Positions 1-10,063 of a stretch of DNA of 64,000 bases are shown here, piece after piece. The translations under genes were made by a program, and so were the position numbers. The notes beneath the pieces are model-generated. The model made no database searches. It saw only the letters and a list, made by a program, of their open reading frames with translations, and was not told the DNA's origin. Source of the stretch: Clostridia bacterium (GTDB taxonomy: Bacteria > Bacillota > Clostridia > Monoglobales > Firm-18); contig JAZQIO010000088.1 in NCBI GenBank assembly GCA_045541135.1, positions 12,136 to 76,135 on the forward strand. The letters are read 5' to 3'. How positions within the stretch are numbered: position 1 is the stretch's first letter; every line of letters begins with the position of its first letter.

Positions 1-800
1 TTAGTATTTCTGCAGCATTAACACAAAACAGCGGTATTTCTGTAGGTAATGTTGTAGGCTCTAACATTTTTAACCTATTGGTTGTTGCAGGTGCCAGTGC
101 TGTTTTATGCCCTATTTCTGTTAACAAATCAATTATCAAAAAAGATATGCCTTATTCATTGTTACTTGCATTGGCACTGTTATTCTTAACTTTCAGTATA
201 TTCCCGGGCTCTGCAGAAGATAATGTAATCACAAGAGCAGACGGTATGATTTTATTGCTTTTCTTTGCTGTGTTTATGTTTTACACTGTTAGTTCTGCAT
301 TGTCAGCACCCGCACCGGAAGAAAACAACAATGAAAAAATTATGCCTGTATGGCAACAGCTGTTGTTTATTGCAAGTGGTCTTGCAGGAATATGCTTTGG
401 CGGTAACCGAGTTGTTGCAGGTGCAACTGAAATTGCAAGAACATTTGGTTTAAGTGAAAGTCTTATTGGTCTTACAATTGTTGCTATAGGTACTTCACTT
501 CCGGAACTGGTTACATCAATAGTTGCTGCTAAAAAAGGTGAAAGTGATATTGCTATAGGTAACGTTATTGGCTCTAATATCTTTAACATTGCATTTATTC
601 TTGGTGTTTCCTCTTTAATTACTCCTATAGCAATCTATACACAGGATATATTCAATTCAATGTATGATATTATTATATTGGCTATTGTAACATTAATTTG
701 TTTTATTCCGATTGTAAAAATAAAGAAAATTTCCAGAACTGTAGGTGGCGTAATGGTTATTGCCTATATTGCATATACAGTTTATATTATGATGAGATAG
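1..800 (+). CDS. CaCA-family sodium/calcium antiporter (YrbG-like); 5' end cut by the window edge
   Basis: The frame is open from base 3. Its translation (SISAALTQNSGISVGNVVGSNIFNLLVVAGASA) parallels residues ~55-90 of the downstream paralog. It has the GTSLPE alpha-repeat motif and a multi-TM hydrophobic profile. Confidence 0.85.
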   Translation, partial: SISAALTQNSGISVGNVVGSNIFNLLVVAGASAVLCPISVNKSIIKKDMPYSLLLALALLFLTFSIFPGSAEDNVITRADGMILLLFFAVFMFYTVSSALSAPAPEENNNEKIMPVWQQLLFIASGLAGICFGGNRVVAGATEIARTFGLSESLIGLTIVAIGTSLPELVTSIVAAKKGESDIAIGNVIGSNIFNIAFILGVSSLITPIAIYTQDIFNSMYDIIILAIVTLICFIPIVKIKKISRTVGGVMVIAYIAYTVYIMMR

Positions 801-851
801 CATTATAATATAATTTAATAAATACAATTTAATAAATTCAGGAGGTAAAAA

Positions 852-1811
852 ATGGAATATTTATGGTTAATTTTAGGCTTTATTTTGCTTATTAAGGGGG
901 CAGACTGGTTTGTAGACGGTGCATCTGCACTTTCTAAAAAATTCGGAATTCCATCTGTTGTTATCGGTCTTACAGTAGTTGCATTTGGCACATCTTTGCC
1001 GGAAGCATCAGTAAGTATTTCAGCAGCATTAAGTCAAAGCAGCGGTATATCAATTGGTAATGTTGTAGGCTCTAACCTATTCAATCTTTTGGTTGTGGCA
1101 GGTGCAAGTGCAGTTTTTTGTCCTATCAGAGTGGATAAATCAATTATAAAGAAAGATATGCCATTTTCCTTTATAATTACTCTTGCTATTCTTTTCCTTA
1201 GTTTCAGCATATTTCCATCCGCACCCGCTGACAACATCATTTCAAGAGCTGACGGTATGATTTTATTACTATTTTTTACAATATTTATGTTCTATACTGT
1301 TCGTTCCGCTTTGGCAGCTCCTGCTCCTGAAGAGAACAAAAACGAAAAAATTATGCCTTTGTGGCAACAGTTTATATTTATAGTTATTGGTATTGCAGGA
1401 ATTGCTATCGGTGGTAACAGAACTGTTGAAGGTGCAAAGGTTATTGCAAGCAATTTTGGTATGTCCGATAGTCTTATCGGTCTTACAATTGTTGCAATCG
1501 GTACATCTCTTCCTGAACTTGTTACTTCAATAGTAGCCGCAAGAAAAGGCGAAAGTGATATTGCTATCGGCAATGTTATTGGTTCAAACATATTCAACAT
1601 TTTGTTTGTACTTGGTGTATCATCTGTAATAACACCTATTGTTATAAACCAGGCTGATGTTATAAACTCAATGTATGACATTATTTTAGTTGCTCTTGCA
1701 ACATTGCTGGTTTATATACCAATTGTTAAAACAAAGAAAATTTCAAGACCTGTCGGTGCGGTAATGCTCATTGCATACATCATATATACAGCATACATTA
1801 TAATGAGATAA
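852..1811 (+). CDS. CaCA-family sodium/calcium antiporter (YrbG-like), full length
   Basis: 319 aa. Two alpha-repeat signatures (AFGTSLPEASVS and AIGTSLPELVTS). GGAGG Shine-Dalgarno 6 nt upstream of the ATG. Roughly 10 predicted hydrophobic helices. Confidence 0.9.
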   Translation: MEYLWLILGFILLIKGADWFVDGASALSKKFGIPSVVIGLTVVAFGTSLPEASVSISAALSQSSGISIGNVVGSNLFNLLVVAGASAVFCPIRVDKSIIKKDMPFSFIITLAILFLSFSIFPSAPADNIISRADGMILLLFFTIFMFYTVRSALAAPAPEENKNEKIMPLWQQFIFIVIGIAGIAIGGNRTVEGAKVIASNFGMSDSLIGLTIVAIGTSLPELVTSIVAARKGESDIAIGNVIGSNIFNILFVLGVSSVITPIVINQADVINSMYDIILVALATLLVYIPIVKTKKISRPVGAVMLIAYIIYTAYIIMR

Positions 1812-1815
1812 GGAA

Positions 1816-1852
1816 AAATCCCACAGATTTAATCTGTGGGATTTATTTTTTT
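1816..1852 (+). terminator. Intrinsic terminator after the antiporter pair; bidirectional hairpin
   Basis: Perfect 13-bp stem AAATCCCACAGAT / ATCTGTGGGATTT with a 3-nt loop, followed by ATTTTTTT. The stop codon of the convergent ORF 1829..2359 sits in the loop. Confidence 0.8.
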
Positions 1853-2359
1853 GGCTATGCTTGACGTATACAAATTTGCTATATTGTTATATGTTTGGGT
1901 GTCTATAACCCCCGTAGGTTCAAGTCCGGTAATTGTTTGAACAAATATAACTGCATCTACGGAATTTTCATCATGCTTACCGGTTATGTTTACACCGGGT
2001 GAATTTGGATATTCAAGAAATATTGCATAAAGCATTGCCTGAACAACATATAATTCAGAAAGTTCCTCCCCCGCTTCTATATACACCCTTTTTCCGAACA
2101 CAGGAAAAGTAATGGGAATAACATATATTTTTTCAAGCTCGTTATTTACATCTCTTATTTTTTGCCAGGTTGCACTGTCCGCCTCACCTGTTGGTTGTAA
2201 TCCATATGCTTTCTGAAATGAAATTACACTATCCCTTGTATTTTCGTTAAAGATACCATCAGGTATAACAGGCAGTACATCCTCTACATAATATGATATA
2301 TTTCTAAGCATACTTTGCAAGCCACGTACAGGCTTTGCATCTGTATTTTCCACAATCAT
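1829..2359 (-). CDS. Peptidoglycan-binding (PG_binding_1-type) repeat protein
   Basis: 176 aa. Two copies of the motif typical of PG_binding_1 (FQKAYGLQPTGEADSATW, VQTITGLEPTGVIDTQTY). Confidence 0.6.
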   Translation of the reverse strand: MIVENTDAKPVRGLQSMLRNISYYVEDVLPVIPDGIFNENTRDSVISFQKAYGLQPTGEADSATWQKIRDVNNELEKIYVIPITFPVFGKRVYIEAGEELSELYVVQAMLYAIFLEYPNSPGVNITGKHDENSVDAVIFVQTITGLEPTGVIDTQTYNNIANLYTSSIAKKINPTD

Positions 2360-2370
2360 ACATACACCTC

Positions 2371-3792
2371 CTAAAAGTCAGAATCTCCCTGACGTAATGT
2401 AGCGCCCGAAAATTGCATACTTTCCGTTTGTTGTGAAGAAATTACGTTTTTATATTCATTTGCTATTGTATTCCACGTTGATTCATTAACGTTACCCGTA
2501 CGTATAAGACCGTTTTCGCCTTGTATTTGCATAACGGCACTTCGTGTTGCTCTGCCATACACACCTGTTACACTTACGGGTGTAATATTACTGTTTACGG
2601 TAGAGATGGTATTTATATATTCCTGTAATGTTCTTACACCGTCACCTGTTGAACCAATCTGTAAAACTGTACCCGGAAATGATACTGTTTCTATATTTAG
2701 TTCTCTGCTGTCAAACAGTACAAGATCATACGAATTTTTAAGCACTCTGTAAATTAAATCCCATGTATTTGCATCTGTTATTCCTGTTACAGGCAAGCCA
2801 TAAATTGCCTGAAAGCTTTCAACAGCCGCGGCAGTATTTGCACCGTAAATACCGTCTCTTGTAACGGTGGGAATACGGTTATCGAACTGTGATAAAGTAG
2901 CAAGCATATACTGTAAAGCCGCCACTTTTTCACCTCTGTCACCAATTTCTAATCCATTTGGATATTGCAGGTCTATACCAACAAAAGTCTGACCTTCTGA
3001 ATACAATTCGGAAAGTCTAAGCAAGCCAACATAAAGATATACCATCTCATACCATGTAGCTCTTCCCACTATTCCGTCAACGGTAAGATTAAAAATTTCT
3101 TGAAACTTTCGCACTGCAGCTTCGGTATTTTCACCAAATATTGCATCAATTGGTTGGACTTTCGGTATAGCAGGATAATCGTTTGAAATTCTGTTTAACA
3201 TTACCTGAATTATCTGCACGTACACACCCGAATCTCCTCTGCGTATCGGATAACCGGGATAAGACTCATTAATACCACGAATGGGAGCATTTGTAACAAT
3301 TTCAACATCGTCTCCGTAATAATTACGAATTATCTGTACATAATCAAGTCCGTCACGTGCCAAATATTCACTTCCCCATTGTGAAAGTCCCTGGCAGGTT
3401 ACTGTAGTTCCGTTACAATATTTTGCCGCCAGAGGTTCTACTCTTCCCATAACACGCAAATATGAATCAAATATTTCATCTACAATCTCTGATATATTTG
3501 AAAAAATATTTCTGCCCTGTATGTACTTCTGGTCGTATGCCGTGTTATTTGTTATATCAAAATTATACCCCTGGGAACGGTAAAATTCTGTATAAACTCT
3601 GTTAAGTGCATAAGATATCTGTGCCAGTATATTGGCATAAAGTGCATCTTCATCCCATGTTGGGTATATTTCACTTGATGCAACGTTTTTAATGTAATCT
3701 CTGAATGAAACGGTTACATTTTCCGCCACCTGTGACGGTGCCCCTAAATGTACCGTTATTTCCTCCGGTATGTAAGGTATTACAGTTGGCAT
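2371..3792 (-). CDS. sleC: SleC-like spore cortex-lytic enzyme core with three PG-binding repeats
   Basis: 473 aa. From memory, the N-terminal region (DYIKNVASSEIYPTW..., NRVYTEFYRSQGYNFDIT, CQGLSQWGS) resembles the catalytic region of clostridial SleC. It is followed by repeated PG_binding_1-like motifs (FQEIFNLTVDGIVGRATW, FQAIYGLPVTGITDANTW, MQIQGENGLIRTGNVNESTW). Own RBS GGGGTGA. Confidence 0.5.
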   Translation of the reverse strand: MPTVIPYIPEEITVHLGAPSQVAENVTVSFRDYIKNVASSEIYPTWDEDALYANILAQISYALNRVYTEFYRSQGYNFDITNNTAYDQKYIQGRNIFSNISEIVDEIFDSYLRVMGRVEPLAAKYCNGTTVTCQGLSQWGSEYLARDGLDYVQIIRNYYGDDVEIVTNAPIRGINESYPGYPIRRGDSGVYVQIIQVMLNRISNDYPAIPKVQPIDAIFGENTEAAVRKFQEIFNLTVDGIVGRATWYEMVYLYVGLLRLSELYSEGQTFVGIDLQYPNGLEIGDRGEKVAALQYMLATLSQFDNRIPTVTRDGIYGANTAAAVESFQAIYGLPVTGITDANTWDLIYRVLKNSYDLVLFDSRELNIETVSFPGTVLQIGSTGDGVRTLQEYINTISTVNSNITPVSVTGVYGRATRSAVMQIQGENGLIRTGNVNESTWNTIANEYKNVISSQQTESMQFSGATLRQGDSDF

Positions 3793-3802
3793 AAAATCAC
3801 CC

Positions 3803-4189
3803 CTACAAATTTTGTGGTGTTACAGTAAATGTGTTGCTGAATTCATCATATTCGGATTTTTCGGGCAAAGGTATCATTTCTATACTTTGTTCACTTAGCC
3901 TGTTTGCAAAAATCTGTACATTTTTTATAACAAAAATTATAAACCCTTCTTTTTCCACCTTAATATTAACACTTGTAAAAGGTTTTAAAGTATTGTTTTG
4001 GTCTAACGAAAGTTCCATATCGGGAGTATTAATTTCTATAATTTCCGTTTTGCCGTTTTCATCCGTTAATCTGAATGCGAGTATCTCTTCACCGTTACCG
4101 TTATTTTCTGTAACAGTAACACGCACATCCCGTATAGGTATAAGCATATCTGCAATATATGTTCTTACAAGCAAGCTACCTTTTTGCAA
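3803..4189 (-). CDS. Small beta-rich protein resembling the N-terminal pre-pro segment of SleC, encoded as a separate ORF
   Basis: 128 aa. TTG start with GGAGG ~10 nt upstream. Its stop lies 10 nt before the start of the SleC-like ORF. Sequence style (LLVRTYIADMLIPIRDVRVTVTENNG...) resembles a carboxypeptidase-regulatory-like or SleC prodomain. Confidence 0.4.
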   Translation of the reverse strand: MQKGSLLVRTYIADMLIPIRDVRVTVTENNGNGEEILAFRLTDENGKTEIIEINTPDMELSLDQNNTLKPFTSVNIKVEKEGFIIFVIKNVQIFANRLSEQSIEMIPLPEKSEYDEFSNTFTVTPQNL

Positions 4190-4190
4190 T

Positions 4191-4230
4191 AAAAAAACAC
4201 CTCCTGATATCCTATAAAAAGTATATCAGG
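4191..4230 (-). terminator. Probable intrinsic terminator downstream of the Ldh_2-family gene
   Basis: On the - strand: CCTGATAT ... ATATCAGG stem, followed by AGGTGTTTTTTT. Confidence 0.45.
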
Positions 4231-4261
4231 AAAGTGTTTAATTATGATTATTTTTTAAATT

Positions 4262-5386
4262 TTATTTGTATGAGCTTTCTTTAGCATCATCAAGGTTAAC
4301 TTCACCAAGATAAGCCTTAGCGTCCATACCAACGAATTCAGCAAAGTCAATCATTTCGGCAACAGTGTTGATGTTAACGTTAATACCGTTAGCAAGTCTG
4401 TCTTCCATAGCGATGATTTCCTTTTCACCGTGTGTATAGATTCTTTCAGCACCTTCACTCTTTGGAGCTTCTCTAAGTTCCTGAAGGAATGTTGAAAAAT
4501 GTTCTTTAATAGCAGCTGCATCGCCGAAAATCTTAGGATCAATAGCCATAAAGCCGTGACATGTGCCACCCTTACCGTTTGTATGAGTGTGGTTAGATGT
4601 CATACCCATTGAAAGGATTGATGAGAAGATTTCACAGAACATACCGTAACCGTAACCCTTATGGCTACCTGTCTGTTCACTTTCACCACCAAGAGGCATA
4701 ATACCGCCGCCTACTTTACCAACAATGTTTTTAAGTACATCTGCAGCATCTGTTGAACCCTTACCGTTAGCATCCAACGCCCAACCGTTAGGAAGTTCTT
4801 TACCTGCTTTATTATAAACTTCAAGCTTACCTCTTGTAACAACTGTTGTAGAAGCATCAAAGAAGAAATCGTATGGTTCTGCAGGAACAGAAATAGCAAT
4901 CGGGTTACTTCCAAGCATAGCTTTTCTTGCATTTGTAGGAACCATAATTGCTTCAGAGTTTGTCATAGCCATACCGATTAAACCTTCGTCGCAAGCCATC
5001 TTTGAGTAATAACCCGCAATACCGAAGTGGTTAGAGTTACGAACATTAACAATAGCAATACCTGACTTTTTAGCCTTTTCTATAGCAAGGCTCATAGCAT
5101 AGTGGCTAAGAAGCTGACCCATACCATCGTTACCTTCAATAACAGCTGAAACAGGTGTTTCAAATACAACTTCAGGTTTTGAATCAATTTTGATAAGACC
5201 CTTTTTAATACCGTTGTGGTATCTTGCAATACGCTGCATACCGTGTGATTCAATACCGTAAAGGTCGGACAGCAACAATACATCTGAAATTATTTTACTT
5301 TCATCAGCAGTAAAACCGATTTTTTCAAACGCATCGTTACAAAACTTTTTAAGTTCTTCATAAGTATATTTCTTATACTTTGCCAT
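4262..5386 (-). CDS. Ldh_2-family (malate/L-lactate/ureidoglycolate-type) NAD(P)-dependent dehydrogenase
   Basis: 374 aa. Family-typical segments ESHGMQRIARY and NSNHFGIAGYY. Confidence 0.8.
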   Translation of the reverse strand: MAKYKKYTYEELKKFCNDAFEKIGFTADESKIISDVLLLSDLYGIESHGMQRIARYHNGIKKGLIKIDSKPEVVFETPVSAVIEGNDGMGQLLSHYAMSLAIEKAKKSGIAIVNVRNSNHFGIAGYYSKMACDEGLIGMAMTNSEAIMVPTNARKAMLGSNPIAISVPAEPYDFFFDASTTVVTRGKLEVYNKAGKELPNGWALDANGKGSTDAADVLKNIVGKVGGGIMPLGGESEQTGSHKGYGYGMFCEIFSSILSMGMTSNHTHTNGKGGTCHGFMAIDPKIFGDAAAIKEHFSTFLQELREAPKSEGAERIYTHGEKEIIAMEDRLANGINVNINTVAEMIDFAEFVGMDAKAYLGEVNLDDAKESSYK

Positions 5387-5479
5387 TTTATAATTACCTC
5401 CAAATAATTATTTGTTACTATAATTTTACAACAATTGTATATATTTGTCAACAAAACCAAACGAATTATTTTACTAAAA

Positions 5480-6907
5480 TCAACCGAACTGATCAAGAAG
5501 ATTCTGTTTCATCTGCCACATATCTTTTGATAAGTCTACATAATAGCGATGTGGGTTTTCAAAACGCTTAACTTCATCCCAGAGTGTTTCAATTTCTGCC
5601 TTACACTTATTCTGAATAGTTTTAAGATCCGGTGATTCGTAAACACATTTACCTTTGTCAAAAATCTGAGTAAGCAAAGGCTTTGCTTCAAAATCTGTAA
5701 GAGTTCTCTTCTTCCATGTGTGTTCCGGGTCAAAGATTGTATAAGGTTTAGATGTATCGATAACTTCTCCGTGTTTTGCAATTACATCTGCAACCGCCTT
5801 ACCGTCTTTATAAAGTCTGTAAAGGGATTTAAAGCCCGGGTTTGTAATTTTTGCAACATTTTCACTGAGCTTTATTCTTGGTATTATTTCATTACCACTT
5901 TCAATGGCAACCAACTTATAAACACCGCCAAAAACGGGTTCAGACCTTGAAGTTATAAGTCTTTCACCAACACCAAAGCTGTTAATTTGTGCACCCTGGA
6001 GCAAAGTATCACGAATAATGTATTCATCAAGTGAATTGGAAACTACAATATCGCAGTCCTCCATACCGTTTTCATCAAGAATTTTACGCACCTTTTTTGT
6101 AAGGTATGTTATATCACCACTGTCTATGCGTACACCCTTAAGTCTGTGACCTGCAGGCACCAAAACATCATTGTGAACTTTGATTGCATTAACAATACCG
6201 GATTTTAATACGTTATATGTGTCAATTAAAAGTGTGCAACTGTCAGGATAAACCGATGCATATGCACAAAAAGCAGAGTATTCATCAGGGAATGTCTGTA
6301 TCCAGCTGTGTGCCATTGTACCAAGTGCGGGAACGCCAAAAAGCTGTTCGGAAATTGTACATGCCGTACCTGCACAACCGCCGATGTAAGCGGCTCGTGA
6401 ACCGTATACAGCACCGTCATAACCCTGTGCACGTCTTGAACCGAATTCCATAACAGGACGACCCTCCGCAGCACGAACAATACGGTTAGTCTTAGTTGCA
6501 ATAAGTGATTGATGATTAATTGTAAGCAAAATCATTGTTTCAAGAAACTGAGCTTGAATAATCGGACCTCGTACAACTATCAATGGGTCATTTGGAAAAA
6601 TAGGTGTTCCCTCTTCTATTGCCCATACATCACATACAAATTTAAAATTCTTAAGATAATCAAGAAAGCCTTCACTGAACATATTTTTACTTCTTAAATA
6701 TTCAATATCTTCGTCTGTAAACTTAAGATTTTTAATATATTCAATTACCTGTTCAACACCTGCCATTATGGCAAAACCGCCGTTATCCGGTACTTTACGG
6801 AAATACATATCGAAATAGCCTATTTTGTCACCTATTCCGTTTTCGAAATAACCATTAGCCATGGTAAGCTCGTAAAAATCTGTTAGCATTGTTAAATTTC
6901 TGGTCAT
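5480..6907 (-). CDS. pncB: Nicotinate phosphoribosyltransferase
   Basis: 475 aa. N-terminus LTDFYELTMANGYF and the GTMAHSWIQ region are typical of NAPRTase. Confidence 0.9.
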   Translation of the reverse strand: MTRNLTMLTDFYELTMANGYFENGIGDKIGYFDMYFRKVPDNGGFAIMAGVEQVIEYIKNLKFTDEDIEYLRSKNMFSEGFLDYLKNFKFVCDVWAIEEGTPIFPNDPLIVVRGPIIQAQFLETMILLTINHQSLIATKTNRIVRAAEGRPVMEFGSRRAQGYDGAVYGSRAAYIGGCAGTACTISEQLFGVPALGTMAHSWIQTFPDEYSAFCAYASVYPDSCTLLIDTYNVLKSGIVNAIKVHNDVLVPAGHRLKGVRIDSGDITYLTKKVRKILDENGMEDCDIVVSNSLDEYIIRDTLLQGAQINSFGVGERLITSRSEPVFGGVYKLVAIESGNEIIPRIKLSENVAKITNPGFKSLYRLYKDGKAVADVIAKHGEVIDTSKPYTIFDPEHTWKKRTLTDFEAKPLLTQIFDKGKCVYESPDLKTIQNKCKAEIETLWDEVKRFENPHRYYVDLSKDMWQMKQNLLDQFG

Positions 6908-6920
6908 TTTTATCCTTCTT

Positions 6921-8921
6921 TCAATTCGAAATTAAATTATATATTATTTGTGCTGCAACATTACGTTTAATATAATACTTTGGCATAAAAGCATTGCCGC
7001 GGAAAATTCCAAGTCCTTTGGCAATTGCAGCATAACCTATTAAATCCTTTGATATCATACCTTCATCCACAAAGCCTGTTTTAAATGTATCCGGCAATTT
7101 TGCAATATTACTGTAGCCAAGATATGTAACAATATACTTAATTCCGTTTTCAGTTGTTATATATGGGTTTAATGCAAGTTCTTCATAGGTAACAATGCCT
7201 TTGTTCACAAGCTTATCTGCAACTTCATATATATTTTTATAATCTGCACAGTCTACTGCACGGCACATCCAGAGCAAATACTCACAAAGCAGGATTTTAT
7301 CATCAGGATAAAATTTTTCACCCTCGTCCAAAATACCGCATGCGTACAGAGTTTTTATCTGTTCTTCCGACATATCCTTTGAAATATCTGTATACATTGG
7401 TTTTTCGGAAGTCAGCTTGTTTCCCTTTGAATCTACAACTTCACCGGAAACAGCATCAATATATATTTTTGAAAGCGGATTTGGTGCATATACCGCACGA
7501 AGCTCCATTTCCTTTGTCATTGATTCTGCAGTAACATACTGAAGTTCAAATCCAACTGAATTTATATACTTTTCAAAAGCCTGTTCTGCCGATACAGACA
7601 AGGAATATTCCGGAATGTTTATATGCTCCCAGCCCGAGCTTACACTTATAATTCTACCGGTCGAACGTGACACACCAACAATTACACCGTTATCATCATA
7701 GGCAATATCGTTTATAAAACGGGTGTAATTAAAGTAATACACATCTTCTCCAATATAGTTTTTTTGATTATTACAATTTAAAAGTCGACAATTATTGATA
7801 AACGAGCCATTGTGTAATCTGACAAAGCTTTCTGCAACCTGTTCACATTGTTCTTTGCTGCAGTTAAGGTTTTCCGTACCTATCTCATGCTGATAATAAT
7901 CAAAATATCTTATGTCTCCGTTATCAACATCTACTATGTAGGTTTTTACACTGCCGTTAAAGTTATCGTAATACATATAAAGATAATTTCCGTAATTATC
8001 CTGCAGATACTGTATGCCCGTAAGTGTAAAATCACTACCGGGCGAAACATATTCACTGCTTTCAACAACTTCTATAGCATAATCTATTTCAAATGCTGTG
8101 GAAGAATAATCAAAATCAAACTTCTTTTCAGCTGTAAGTGCATTTTTGTACGGGCCTTCGGATACATAGTTGGTATTTACAATATTTCCGGTATATGCAT
8201 TCACATAGTTTATACCGTCAGATAAATCGGCATAACGTACAAAAAGTTCACCGCCCGATTTTTGCGCATACTCTTTTACCATACCAATGTTATCAAACAT
8301 ACTTTTGCCTGCATCATTAATATTAAGTTTTGTATTTGAAGGATATACTTTGTCATAATCTATCCATTTAACATCAAAAGAAATAACCTTTCCTTTTGAT
8401 GCATCAACAGTTACATCTATATAGTTATCATAACAGGGCAAGTCATTTTCATACCTTACAAACTTTAAATTATAAGGTTCAAAATTTCGGTGTACAGAAT
8501 ATTCCTGCTTAACAAGCTTTGTGTGCGAATAAAATTCCGGACAAGCTTTGGAAAGAAAAATTTTCGCTTCTTCTTCAGCATTAGTTGAAGTAAACGTCGA
8601 TAGCTTATAGTTACCGGTAAATTCACCGTAAAAATACTGACTGAATGATATTATGCGAAGGTTATCATCAACAGTAACATTTATCTGTCCGCCCGGGTTA
8701 AATTCATCATCATCACCGTACCATGTAAAATAAGCGTATTGCTTACCCGGTTCAAAAGTAACCTTGCTGTTAAATTCGTTGTAATTTTCAGGTATATTTA
8801 TTTTACTCTTAACTGCAATAACTGCTTTGGTAACAAAGGATTCATCATCCGCATAGCATAATACAGATAAACAATTTATCAATATAAAAATTGTAAGTAA
8901 AGAACATATGATTTTTCTCAC
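6921..8921 (-). CDS. Secreted protein of unknown function with an SLH-like C-terminal region
   Basis: 666 aa. N-terminal signal peptide (LLTIFILINCLSVLCYADD). Asn/Tyr-rich repeats resembling PepSY-type modules. The last ~170 aa resemble S-layer-homology repeats. It ends 13 nt upstream of pncB, so it is probably co-transcribed with it. Confidence 0.4.
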   Translation of the reverse strand: MRKIICSLLTIFILINCLSVLCYADDESFVTKAVIAVKSKINIPENYNEFNSKVTFEPGKQYAYFTWYGDDDEFNPGGQINVTVDDNLRIISFSQYFYGEFTGNYKLSTFTSTNAEEEAKIFLSKACPEFYSHTKLVKQEYSVHRNFEPYNLKFVRYENDLPCYDNYIDVTVDASKGKVISFDVKWIDYDKVYPSNTKLNINDAGKSMFDNIGMVKEYAQKSGGELFVRYADLSDGINYVNAYTGNIVNTNYVSEGPYKNALTAEKKFDFDYSSTAFEIDYAIEVVESSEYVSPGSDFTLTGIQYLQDNYGNYLYMYYDNFNGSVKTYIVDVDNGDIRYFDYYQHEIGTENLNCSKEQCEQVAESFVRLHNGSFINNCRLLNCNNQKNYIGEDVYYFNYTRFINDIAYDDNGVIVGVSRSTGRIISVSSGWEHINIPEYSLSVSAEQAFEKYINSVGFELQYVTAESMTKEMELRAVYAPNPLSKIYIDAVSGEVVDSKGNKLTSEKPMYTDISKDMSEEQIKTLYACGILDEGEKFYPDDKILLCEYLLWMCRAVDCADYKNIYEVADKLVNKGIVTYEELALNPYITTENGIKYIVTYLGYSNIAKLPDTFKTGFVDEGMISKDLIGYAAIAKGLGIFRGNAFMPKYYIKRNVAAQIIYNLISN

Positions 8922-9115
8922 ATCATCACCTACCTATACTTACTTAATGATATCATAAAAAAAATCAAAAAACAAGAATATTAACATTATTGTAACATAT
9001 AATATTTATCAGCACATAAAAAGGAGTGATAAAATGAAATATGAAAATGAAGAAAATAAAAAAACGCCTAAACCTGTTGAAGATTTAGACGATTTTATTT
9101 TTAAAGATGAGGAAA

Positions 9116-10063
9116 TTAAATATCAGTCAGAGCGTTAAGCAGCATTGCCATTTCATCATATGAGGTTGCGGCAGTAAGTTTGTTTTTTACAGCAACACTG
9201 TTCTTCATTCCCTTTATATACCATATGGCATGCTTGCGTGCTTCTCTGATGCCTACATATTCACCCTTGTATTCAACAATTTTTTTAATATGCTTAAGAG
9301 CCGTTTTCATAACCTCTTCCTGAGTAGGTTCCGGAAGTAACTCCTTATATTCCAGATAATGTTTTATTCTTTTAAGCAAAAAAGGATTACCGAGAATTCC
9401 TCTGCCAATCATTACAGCTTCACACCCTGTTTGCTTCATCATATTTTCAGCATCAATGGGCGACTTGATATCACCGTTACCGATAACCGGAATGTTTACT
9501 GTACTTACAACATCTTTAATTATTGAATAATCTGCACTCCCACGATATTCCTGTTTTACCGTTCTGCCATGGACAGTTATGTGGGAAGCACCTGCCTTTT
9601 CGGCAAGCTTTGCAACATCTACTGCATTAACTGATGAATCATCCCAACCCTTACGTATTTTAACGGAAACGGGCAAATCACAGTTTTCCTTTACCGCACA
9701 CACAATGTCATGTACAAGCTGAGGTTTTTTCATAAGCGAGCCGCCATCGTCATTGCCTATTATTTTATTGGCAGGACAACCACAGTTTATATCAATACCT
9801 ACTGCACCAAAAGATGCCGCCTTAGCCGCCACTTTTGCAAATATTTCAGGCTCATGACCGAATATTTGTGCATATAAAGGCTGTTCCTTTTCTGATACCT
9901 CTAACAGAGTTGCCGTTTTTTTGTCATTATAAAAAAGTCCTTTGGTGCTTACCATTTCGGTAAAGCACATATCTGCACCGTAGTCCATACATATTTCGCG
10001 GTATGCTCTGTCGGTAACCCCTGCCATTGGAGCAAGAACCACTTTATTTTTTAAGGATATCAT
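9116..10063 (-). CDS. dus: tRNA-dihydrouridine synthase
   Basis: 315 aa. LAPMAGVTDRAYR start, the NCGCP catalytic-Cys motif, and a TIM-barrel FMN pattern. Confidence 0.9.
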   Translation of the reverse strand: MISLKNKVVLAPMAGVTDRAYREICMDYGADMCFTEMVSTKGLFYNDKKTATLLEVSEKEQPLYAQIFGHEPEIFAKVAAKAASFGAVGIDINCGCPANKIIGNDDGGSLMKKPQLVHDIVCAVKENCDLPVSVKIRKGWDDSSVNAVDVAKLAEKAGASHITVHGRTVKQEYRGSADYSIIKDVVSTVNIPVIGNGDIKSPIDAENMMKQTGCEAVMIGRGILGNPFLLKRIKHYLEYKELLPEPTQEEVMKTALKHIKKIVEYKGEYVGIREARKHAIWYIKGMKNSVAVKNKLTAATSYDEMAMLLNALTDI

